From assembly GCA_964467655.1 (NCBI GenBank), contig CAYXSN010000010.1:1-61775 (forward strand): a stretch of DNA of 61,775 nucleotides, in the 5' to 3' direction. A model generated the notes under the pieces. It saw nothing but the letters and a program-made list of their open reading frames with translations. It had not been told where the DNA came from and ran no database searches. The position numbers were made by a program, and so were the translations under genes. Below are positions 54,347 through 61,775 of the stretch, piece by piece; position 1 is the stretch's first letter, and the number at the start of each line of letters is the position of its first letter. Source of the DNA: an uncultured Candidatus Saccharimonadales bacterium. GTDB lineage: Bacteria; Patescibacteriota; Saccharimonadia; UBA4664.

Positions 54347-55038
54347 TACTTGCCTCCCTCAAGAGTGTAGCGGCCCTGTTCTTCGTCTTTGGTGATACGC
54401 CCGCGTTGGATGGTAATCACCCGTCGTTTGAGGGCGTTGACGATTTCTTTGTTGTGAGTAGTCAGCAGGACTGTGGTGCCAAACCGGTTGATCTTGAGCA
54501 AGAGCTCGATAATTTCCCAGGCATTTTTGGGGTCGAGGTTGCCTGTCGGCTCGTCGGCGATTAAGATTTTGGGCTGTCTGATAAGGGCTCGGGCGATGGC
54601 GACCCGTTGACGTTCGCCACCTGAGAGTTCATGAGGAAAGACATTTTGTTTTTGGCCCAAGCCAACGAGCGATAGCATCTTGGGGACTGCCCTTTTGATC
54701 TCGCGGCTGCGGGCGCCTGAGACTTCGAGGGCAAAGGCCACATTTTCGCCCACTCGGCGGTTGGGCAGCAGCTTGAAATCTTGGAAGACTACCCCGATAC
54801 GGCGGCGCACGAGCGGTACGTCGCGGGGTTTGATGGTGTCATAATCAAGGCCTCCCACGATAATCTTGCCTGAACTATGAACCTCTTCGCGAGTAAGTAG
54901 CTTGATGAGCGTGGACTTACCGGCGCCTGAGGTACCAACAATGGTTACAAACTCTTTGGGCTGAATATGCAAATTCAACCCACTCAGAGCAATCTGCTGA
55001 TTGGGGTACACCTTGGTGACGCGGTCGAGCAGGATCAT
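54346..55038 (-). CDS. ftsE: cell division ATP-binding protein FtsE
   Basis: Walker A GTSGAGKST, signature LSGGERQR, Walker B ILIADEPT. Confidence 0.95.
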   Translation of the reverse strand: MILLDRVTKVYPNQQIALSGLNLHIQPKEFVTIVGTSGAGKSTLIKLLTREEVHSSGKIIVGGLDYDTIKPRDVPLVRRRIGVVFQDFKLLPNRRVGENVAFALEVSGARSREIKRAVPKMLSLVGLGQKQNVFPHELSGGERQRVAIARALIRQPKILIADEPTGNLDPKNAWEIIELLLKINRFGTTVLLTTHNKEIVNALKRRVITIQRGRITKDEEQGRYTLEGGK

Positions 55039-55071
55039 TACTCAATCAGTGTACCATAGGTGACCGGATAT

Positions 55072-56181
55072 TTACTGGGTCTTTGATTCACCCATCTGTG
55101 ACTGCAAATAGGCATCGATAAAATCATCGAGGTCGCCGTTGAGTACACCTTGAGCATCGGCAGTTTCGTGACCGGTCCTCACATCTTTGACCTTGGTATA
55201 GGGGTGCAAAACATAATTTCTGATCTGGTTGCCCCAGGCGGCTGATTTGTCGCTGGCTCGCAGCTCCCCCAGACTGGCTTTGGCTTCGGCTTCCATGAGC
55301 GCTGTCAGGCGGCTTTTGAGGACGGCCAGTGCCTTTTCGCGGTTTTGGAGTTGCGATCTTTCGTTTTGGATGGCTACCACGGTGCCAGTAGGTAGATGAG
55401 TGATGCGGACGGCTGAATCAGTGGTATTTACGCTTTGGCCGCCGTGGCCGGAGCTACGGTAGACATCGATGCGCAGGTCTTTGTTGTCAATCTCGAGCTC
55501 GGTTTGAGCTTCGAGTTGAGGCAATACCTCCACCAGGGCAAACGAGGTTTGGCGTAGGTTATCTGAGTTGAAGGGGCTCAGACGAACTAGCCGGTGCACT
55601 CCCCCTTCGCCTTTGAGTTTGCCGTAGGCGTAGTCGCCGTTAATTTCTAATGTCGTACTTTTGATGCCGGCTTCTTCGCCGTACGACGTGCTTAAAACAA
55701 TGGTTTGCAGGCCGTGGTCTTCGGCCCAGCGCAGGTACATCCGCTCGAGCATCTGCGTCCAGTCTTGGGCATCGGTGCCACCGGTGCCGGCATGGATTTC
55801 TAGAATGGCCGAGGCACGGTCATGCGGACCGTTGAGCTTGAGTTCAAAAGCCATCTGGGCGAACTGGTCGGCCAGCGGTTGGTAGAGGGCCTGCACTTGA
55901 GTAACGCTGTCGTCGGCAGCATCGGTACCTTCGAGGCGGGCTAGTTCCAGGGTTTCGGAGGTTTCGTTTGACAGTTTATCCCAGGTTGACACCTTTTTTT
56001 CGAGGGCTGCCAACTTTTGGCTAATGGCTGCGGCAGTCTGGCTATCGTCCCAGAATCCAGGCTTTTGGGTGTCGGTTCGGAGCTGCCTGATGATCTGACG
56101 GTCGGCATCAAGATCGAGGACGGTCATCGCCAGCTTGACGTCGGTGGAGAGCTGTTCGAGTTGCTTGATGAGGTCTTGCAT
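55072..56181 (-). CDS. prfB: peptide chain release factor 2 (uninterrupted frame)
   Basis: SPF tripeptide (RLSPFNS) and GGQ (SGHGGQSVN). No internal +1 frameshift site is needed. Confidence 0.95.
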   Translation of the reverse strand: MQDLIKQLEQLSTDVKLAMTVLDLDADRQIIRQLRTDTQKPGFWDDSQTAAAISQKLAALEKKVSTWDKLSNETSETLELARLEGTDAADDSVTQVQALYQPLADQFAQMAFELKLNGPHDRASAILEIHAGTGGTDAQDWTQMLERMYLRWAEDHGLQTIVLSTSYGEEAGIKSTTLEINGDYAYGKLKGEGGVHRLVRLSPFNSDNLRQTSFALVEVLPQLEAQTELEIDNKDLRIDVYRSSGHGGQSVNTTDSAVRITHLPTGTVVAIQNERSQLQNREKALAVLKSRLTALMEAEAKASLGELRASDKSAAWGNQIRNYVLHPYTKVKDVRTGHETADAQGVLNGDLDDFIDAYLQSQMGESKTQ

Positions 56182-56185
56182 GAGG

Positions 56186-58756
56186 CTATTGTAACCGATT
56201 CAGCCGACCGCGGCCGCGTGTCAGGAAACTGATAGGGCCGGGATCGGTTTGCTCAGGATCTTCAGTTTTGTCTTCGCTCTTTTGGGCATGGCACCGAGTG
56301 GTCGGAAGCGCTTCGTTGAGGAAGACCTCGGTGATACCTGTATTAAAGCCTTCGGCTAAAGACCCATCGGGGCAGATGCTGGCAATCGTTAGTCCGGCCG
56401 GCAGTTCAAAGTTTTTTACCGGTTCACTGGCGAGGGCGGCCTCCATGTAATCATGCCAGATTGGGGCAGCGCCGGTGATGCCGTCAACGCCGGTCATCGC
56501 TGAGTTGTCATTGTTGCCGACCCAGACGGCTGTGACGAGCTGAGGTGTATAGCCGACGGTCCAGTTGTCTCTGAAATCATTGGTCGTACCGGTTTTGGCG
56601 GCAGCAGGCCTTGAGAGCTTTAAGGGTCCATCTGCCGGGAATTCAGGCTGACGGGAGGAGTCGTCGGCTAAAATATTGGTGATCATGTAGGCGAGCCGGC
56701 TGTCGAGGGCATTGGTGCTGGTAGGATTGGGTGCTGTATAGGTGATGTTGTCGTACCGGTCTTTAATCTCAATGATGGCTCGTGGTGGTACGTAATTGCC
56801 CTGATTGGCAAAGGTACCGTAGGCACCCGCCATTTGCAAGGGGCTAACTTCGCCGCTACCGAGGACGAGCGACACGCCAAACCGTGATTCATCGTTTAAG
56901 CTCGTGATGCCAAGGTCTTTGGCTGTGGCAATCGTGTCGTGGATACTGGCGTATTGAATAACTTTGATAGCAGGAATATTGAGCGAGTTGTCGAGGGCTT
57001 TGCGCAACGTTAGGCGTCCGTGCCACTGCAAGTCATAATTTTTGGGTTCGTAGACAGTGCCGTCGGTTTGGGGTATGCGCAAAGGAGCATCGTCGACGAT
57101 TGTGGCTCCATTCCAACCTTTTTTGAACGCCGTGACGTAGGCCAAAGGTTTAAAACTGGAGCCGGGCTGGCGGTTTGAGGTTGTGACATTGACACTGCCA
57201 AATCCTGGTGTGCCATAGCCGATACTGCCAACCATCGCTAGAATATCGCCGTTTGTTGGATCAAGCGAAATGAGTGCACCGTTGGTGACATGATGCGATT
57301 GCAGGGCAGCTACCCGGTTTGTGACCAAGTCTTGCGCCGTAGTTTGCTTGTTGTAGTCAAGCGTGGTGCGTACTGTAAGACCGCCGGTTTCAACTGCTGT
57401 ATCACCGTATTGGGCCCGCAGTTGTGCCAGCACATAAAATACGAAGTGAGGTGCTCTTATGGCTACTTCACGGGCGTACACTGTCACTGGTTCGGCTGCT
57501 GTGGTTGCACTGTTGGCAACGGGAGTACCTGGTAGTGCTAAGACTTGCGCTTTGGCAGTGGTGGCCTGGTCGGTAGTAATATACCCGAGATCAGCCATGC
57601 GGTTCAGTACGTAGTCGCGGCGGCCGGTGGCGGCCTCTAGGTCAAAGTTGGGGTCAAAGCGGTTCGGTCCAAGCGGTAGTCCTGCCAACATAGCGGCTTC
57701 ACTCAAACTTAATTGCCTGACGTCTTTATGGAAGTAGACCTTGGCGGCAGCAGTAACGCCAGCTGCACCCTGGCCGTAATACATGTCGTTGACGTACATT
57801 TCCATGATCTGGTCTTTGCTGTATCGGCGTTCGAGGTTGAGCGCTAGTAACAATTCTTTGAACTTCCGTGTAAAGGTTTTGTCTTGAGTGAGCAACGTAT
57901 TCTTAACCAACTGTTGCGTGAGGGTTGAGCCCCCCTCCTTGGTGCTACCATGCGAGATATCAACCCAGGCAGCTCTGGCGGTGCCCTCGAACGAGATACC
58001 CGGATGCTCATAAAACTTGGGGTCTTCAGCCGCTAACGTTGCGTTCTTCAGATTGGCTGGTAGTTCAGTCAGAGGTACAAAGCCCTCGACTTGAGCACCG
58101 TACCCTTGGTATAGTACCGTGCCGTTGCGGTCGAGGATGGTAATGCCGGTGCGCTTGGCGGCCATGAGGGCGGCGGGACTTGCCAGGGAGTTGGCGTAAT
58201 TCTTGAGGGTGTTTGCCCCGGTGATGGCAGCTAGGGTGCCTCCGGTGATTAGTGTTAGCCCAAAAGTAACTGCATAGATGAGCTTGGCCCGGCGATGCCT
58301 GAGGGCTTGGCTCGTCCGGCGTAGGCTCCGGGCGAGGTCATCGGCGAGCGGTGGCGCATAAGTACGAACGGCACCAATGGCTGAGAGCGACACTATCCAG
58401 GTGGTTTGCCAGCCATGACTGGCCCTATCAGCCAGACCAGCGAAGGCAAATTTGGCGATTATCACGGTTTGATGAAATATCGGCCGTAGCATTCGATGTA
58501 ATCGATGACTGACTGAGCGAACAGTGAGACTAGCTGAGGTGAGCGAGGTTTGGGCCAGGTGGGCAAACCAGTTTTGCCACCACTGGTGCCATGAACGTGA
58601 TGATTCGCTTAAATGAGTCGCTAAGTGACTCAATGTTTGAGCTGGTGTGAGGGCGTAGGGTAAAGATTCATGAAAAACTGCAGCCTGAGGTAGGCGGCCT
58701 GATGCTGTTTTCAGCCGGGATTTACGGTAATTTTTTTTACTCATGCGAATGCCCAA
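56186..58756 (-). CDS. class A penicillin-binding protein (glycosyltransferase plus transpeptidase) with a long N-terminal extension
   Basis: GT51 motifs EDPKFYEHPG and GGSTLTQQ. Transpeptidase motifs SSFK and KTGTT. About 157 aa precede the membrane anchor. Confidence 0.9.
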   Translation of the reverse strand: MGIRMSKKNYRKSRLKTASGRLPQAAVFHESLPYALTPAQTLSHLATHLSESSRSWHQWWQNWFAHLAQTSLTSASLTVRSVSHRLHRMLRPIFHQTVIIAKFAFAGLADRASHGWQTTWIVSLSAIGAVRTYAPPLADDLARSLRRTSQALRHRRAKLIYAVTFGLTLITGGTLAAITGANTLKNYANSLASPAALMAAKRTGITILDRNGTVLYQGYGAQVEGFVPLTELPANLKNATLAAEDPKFYEHPGISFEGTARAAWVDISHGSTKEGGSTLTQQLVKNTLLTQDKTFTRKFKELLLALNLERRYSKDQIMEMYVNDMYYGQGAAGVTAAAKVYFHKDVRQLSLSEAAMLAGLPLGPNRFDPNFDLEAATGRRDYVLNRMADLGYITTDQATTAKAQVLALPGTPVANSATTAAEPVTVYAREVAIRAPHFVFYVLAQLRAQYGDTAVETGGLTVRTTLDYNKQTTAQDLVTNRVAALQSHHVTNGALISLDPTNGDILAMVGSIGYGTPGFGSVNVTTSNRQPGSSFKPLAYVTAFKKGWNGATIVDDAPLRIPQTDGTVYEPKNYDLQWHGRLTLRKALDNSLNIPAIKVIQYASIHDTIATAKDLGITSLNDESRFGVSLVLGSGEVSPLQMAGAYGTFANQGNYVPPRAIIEIKDRYDNITYTAPNPTSTNALDSRLAYMITNILADDSSRQPEFPADGPLKLSRPAAAKTGTTNDFRDNWTVGYTPQLVTAVWVGNNDNSAMTGVDGITGAAPIWHDYMEAALASEPVKNFELPAGLTIASICPDGSLAEGFNTGITEVFLNEALPTTRCHAQKSEDKTEDPEQTDPGPISFLTRGRGRLNRLQ

Positions 58757-58804
58757 TTGGGAGCAGAGTATATCAGGAAGCAGCTCTTATTACAACGGTA
58801 ACTA

Positions 58805-61117
58805 TTATGAATTTTTGACGATTCGCCGCCGCTTGGTTTTGGCGGGAGCGGCCGCCAGTAAGGCTGTGGCTTCCTCAAGTGTGAGCGAGGCGGGTTCGAC
58901 GTCCTTGGGCACTCGGGCGTTTTTTTTGCCATCGGTCACATAAGGTCCGAAGCGGCCATTGGCTACTCTGACGCTGGAGCCTTCAAAGTTCTTGATGTGT
59001 TTGGCGGCATCACTGGCCAATTTGGCTTCAATGAGTTCAAGCGCGCGTGCGTGAGTAATGCTAAAGGGGTCATCTGGTTTAATGCTGGCATACTGGCTGC
59101 CCCACTTGATGTAGGGTCCGAAGCGGCCGAAGTTGGTCGAAATGTCTTGGCCATCAGCGGTTTGACCAATAGTACGCGGTAGTTCAAATTGTTTGAGGGC
59201 TTGTTCTAGGGTGACCTCGTCAATCCTGACACCCACCGGCATGGCGGCAAACCGCGGCTTGTCCTCGTCACTGGCCTCACCTATTTGGAGCATGGGCCCA
59301 AACCGGCCGAGTCTGGCAATTACTGGTTTGCCTGAAGCGGGGTCGGTGCCAATGGCGCGAGCACCAGCTGCTTCGGCCCTCGAGATATCGGCGGCGGCAT
59401 CAACAGTATCCCTAAACGGGCCGTAAAACTCGGCAATCATAGAGTTCCAAGCTGTTTTGCCGGCTTCGATGTCGTCAAATTCTTCTTCCACTTTTTTGGT
59501 GAAATCGTAGTCGACGATTGCCGGGAAATGCTTGACCAGGAAATCAGTGACCAGCATACCAACAGAAGTTGGAAACAGTTTGCCACGGTCAGCGCCGTAG
59601 GTTTCGATAGAATCAGTTTCAATGACATGTGTATCTTGCAATTTAAACTGTTTGACCGGCCGCTCTTTGCCCTCGGCATCTCCTTTTTCGACGTAACCGC
59701 GGTCTTGGACGGTTGAAATGGTGGGAGCGTAGGTACTCGGCCGACCGATACCCATTTCTTCAAGTCTTTTGACGAGGCTGGCTTCGGTATAGCGGGGTTT
59801 GGCTCTTTCATAGACCTGGTTGGCAACTAGTGATAACCGCGGGAGATCGTCACCTTGGCTCAGTGGTGGCAGGATGCCCTCCTGTTCAGCTGGATCATCT
59901 GATTCTTGAGCCAAATAGAGCTTGAGAAAACCGTCAAATTTGATGACCTCGCCTTTGGCGGTAAACGTTTCAGGACGCGTTGATGTTGTAATGTTGGCGA
60001 TTGTCCGCTCAAGTTTGGCATCAGCCATTTGGGATGCTAATGTTCGCTTGTAGATCAGGTCATACAGTTTTTGCTGACCGCTCTCCAGCTTCAGAGCCGG
60101 CGCATCGAAATTGGTGGGTCTGATAGCTTCGTGAGCCTCTTGAGCGCCGGCGGTTTTGGTCGTGTATTGGCGACTCGTTTGGTAGTTGGCGCCGAATTGT
60201 TTGGTGATGGTTGCACCGGCTGCGGCCAGCGCCTGGTCACTTAAGTTAACTGAATCAGTCCTCATATACGTGATATGACCTGATTCATAGAGCCTCTGAG
60301 CTAAGGTCATAGTTTGTTTCACTGAGAAGCCGAGTTTGCGAGCGGCTTCTTGTTGCAAGGTACTAGTAGTAAAAGGCGGTGTGGGCTTACGGCTGGCAGG
60401 CTTGGTTTCCACGGTGGCCACTTGATACGTAGCTCCAATTTGGCTCTTCATGAACTCTTGGGCAGCGGCGGCATCGGGTAGCTTGGTAGCCAGCTCTGCT
60501 CTAAAAGACTCACCGTTGTTAGCCCGGAATTCAGCTATAATCTTAAAACTTGAGCCACCCGAAAAGCCGTCAATTTCCCGCTCGCGCTCGACTATCAGTC
60601 TGACGGCCACACTTTGGACCCGGCCGGCGCTTAAGCCGCCCTGGACTTTGCGCCACAGCACAGGCGAGAGCTCGTAGCCGACCAACCTATCAAGGACGCG
60701 GCGGGCTTGTTGGGCGTCAACAAGGTGCTGGTCGACGGTTCGGGGATGCTCAAGTGCGTTTTGGATGGCTGTTTTGGTAATTTCATGAAAAGCAATGCGC
60801 TTGGTTTTGGCGGCATCGAGCCCGAGCGCCTGGCATAAGTGCCAGGAGATGGCCTCACCTTCGCGGTCTTCATCAGTGGCTAACCAGACTTCTGAGCCGG
60901 CTTTGACGAGTTTCTTGAGCTCGGTGATACGCTTCTTTTTGTCGGGGCTAATTTCGTATTCGGGTTTAAAGTTATGCTCGATGTCGATAGACATGCCTGA
61001 TTTTGGCAAGTCGCGGACATGGCCGTACGAGGCTTCGACAATGTAATCTTTGCCCAAAAAACCACTGATGGTTTTGGCTTTGGCAGGGCTTTCGACGATA
61101 ACGAGGTGTTTGCTCAT
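58805..61117 (-). CDS. topA: DNA topoisomerase I
   Basis: TOPRIM N-terminus (LVIVESPAKAKTI), active-site region YMRTDS, and C-terminal GRFGP repeats (RLGRFGPML, NFGRFGPYI, NGRFGPYV) in place of zinc fingers, plus a basic tail. Confidence 0.97.
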   Translation of the reverse strand: MSKHLVIVESPAKAKTISGFLGKDYIVEASYGHVRDLPKSGMSIDIEHNFKPEYEISPDKKKRITELKKLVKAGSEVWLATDEDREGEAISWHLCQALGLDAAKTKRIAFHEITKTAIQNALEHPRTVDQHLVDAQQARRVLDRLVGYELSPVLWRKVQGGLSAGRVQSVAVRLIVEREREIDGFSGGSSFKIIAEFRANNGESFRAELATKLPDAAAAQEFMKSQIGATYQVATVETKPASRKPTPPFTTSTLQQEAARKLGFSVKQTMTLAQRLYESGHITYMRTDSVNLSDQALAAAGATITKQFGANYQTSRQYTTKTAGAQEAHEAIRPTNFDAPALKLESGQQKLYDLIYKRTLASQMADAKLERTIANITTSTRPETFTAKGEVIKFDGFLKLYLAQESDDPAEQEGILPPLSQGDDLPRLSLVANQVYERAKPRYTEASLVKRLEEMGIGRPSTYAPTISTVQDRGYVEKGDAEGKERPVKQFKLQDTHVIETDSIETYGADRGKLFPTSVGMLVTDFLVKHFPAIVDYDFTKKVEEEFDDIEAGKTAWNSMIAEFYGPFRDTVDAAADISRAEAAGARAIGTDPASGKPVIARLGRFGPMLQIGEASDEDKPRFAAMPVGVRIDEVTLEQALKQFELPRTIGQTADGQDISTNFGRFGPYIKWGSQYASIKPDDPFSITHARALELIEAKLASDAAKHIKNFEGSSVRVANGRFGPYVTDGKKNARVPKDVEPASLTLEEATALLAAAPAKTKRRRIVKNS

Positions 61118-61219
61118 GGTGGTTACGGTAGCAGGAAGCGGGCGGGGTCGTAAAGATGATTTTGTCCCTCAACTTGTGTGCTTACCGTGACCAAAGCTAC
61201 CAGCCGGTAGCGGGTACTG

Positions 61220-61654
61220 TCAATGGATTTGACTGAAAACCAAAGCCGCGGTCAATAAACAGGCTAGCGAACCAAAGGCCATGATACCGATGCGCCGAGG
61301 GATCCATTTGGGATCGACACCACCGAAGATCACAGCAGATACCTGGGTGGGTACTACGAAGCCGAGCCAGAGCCAAAAAGCTATGCCGTAGGCACTTGCT
61401 TGCGGGAAGGCGGCCACAAAATGAGCTAACACGTAGCTCGTGAGGAGCGTTACGGCAATCTGCAGGCCATAGAATGGGCCCATTTTGGCTGCCATTGCTT
61501 TTTGTTCAGTCTTACTGAGCTTATCGAAGCCAAACATTTCACCCCATGGCTTGGCAAACAGAGCCATATACCAGATGGCTCCCACTACAAACTGGGCGAC
61601 AGTCGCCAACAAGACTGCCGTCCAACTAATCTGACTGGCGATTTCTGGTGACAT
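61220..61654 (-). CDS. DUF1761-like small membrane protein
   Basis: Four predicted TM segments with the GAIWY...FAKPW pattern. SD AAGGA lies 9 nt upstream. Confidence 0.55.
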   Translation of the reverse strand: MSPEIASQISWTAVLLATVAQFVVGAIWYMALFAKPWGEMFGFDKLSKTEQKAMAAKMGPFYGLQIAVTLLTSYVLAHFVAAFPQASAYGIAFWLWLGFVVPTQVSAVIFGGVDPKWIPRRIGIMAFGSLACLLTAALVFSQIH

Positions 61655-61775
61655 AGCATCGGTTCCTTATTTGGCTCATCGTAGCATTTTTGCAGGTAGT
61701 AATGATACGGTATTTAGTGCCCTAGGTTCAATCCCGAAGTGCAACACCTGAGTGAAACACCGTAAACGGCGACTG

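Noticed and set aside
55072-56181. Looked for the programmed +1 frameshift site (CTT TGA C) common in prfB
   Set aside because: The RF2 frame is uninterrupted from its ATG through the SPF and GGQ motifs, so no frameshift is needed.
61728-61746. GGTTCAATCCC, resembling a tRNA T-arm, near the right edge of the window
   Set aside because: The flanking bases do not form a 5-bp T stem. No acceptor, D or anticodon arms can be drawn within the preceding 75 nt on either strand.
1-61775. Scan for CRISPR arrays, IS elements, integrases, toxin-antitoxin pairs and recognisable defence genes
   Set aside because: No spaced direct-repeat arrays, no transposase, recombinase or nuclease-like ORFs, and no short paired ORFs of toxin-antitoxin type were seen. 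The only element-like structure is the inverted-repeat-bounded segment at 21356-21645, which is reported as a finding.

Overview
Gene-dense (about 90% coding) bacterial chromosomal window that uses the standard genetic code, since TGA acts as a stop. I found no rRNA, tRNA, CRISPR array, transposase or integrase. Most genes are core housekeeping. There are four aminoacyl-tRNA synthetases: proS, a class I lysK, serS and glyQS. The elongasome is present (mreB-mreC-mreD-mrdA), as is a partial dcw cluster (mraZ ... rsmH-ftsL-ftsI-mraY-ftsW-murG-ftsQ). Other core genes are murD, secA, greA, hpf, recO, xseAB, rpmA, pyrG, ftsEX, prfB, a class A PBP and topA. The class I LysRS, the compact overlapping genes, an actinobacterial-type TopA C-terminus and actinobacteria-typical DUF2690/DUF4082 proteins suggest a reduced-genome Patescibacteria (Saccharibacteria-like) organism. 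That is inference only. Gene orientation converges at about 29.8-30.1 kb: mostly + strand to the left, mostly - strand to the right. The observations most worth following up are listed here. (1) A T-box-type leader upstream of proS. (2) A recurring -10 box exactly 7 nt upstream of ATG in several operon-leading genes, suggesting leaderless mRNAs. This includes a 30-codon upstream ORF plus terminator ahead of a ligase/M20/GATase cluster. (3) murD translationally coupled to a PP-loop/Cys-cluster protein, a candidate MurL-like epimerase. (4) A long-hairpin small RNA candidate and GTGGGT repeats upstream of mraZ. (5) A 430-bp highly structured noncoding insert with its own terminator, followed by a C39-like cysteine peptidase, between mraZ and rsmH. 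(6) An AT-rich convergence zone with phased A-tracts and a dif-like palindrome. (7) A self-contained module with its own promoter and terminator, encoding a sigma-region-4/HARE-HTH protein and a 920-aa VirD4/TraG-like ATPase, with phased GGTAC repeats between the two genes. (8) A DUF2690 gene cassette inserted between ftsEX and a PcsB-like coiled-coil CHAP hydrolase. All functional calls come from motif recognition by eye; no database search was run.
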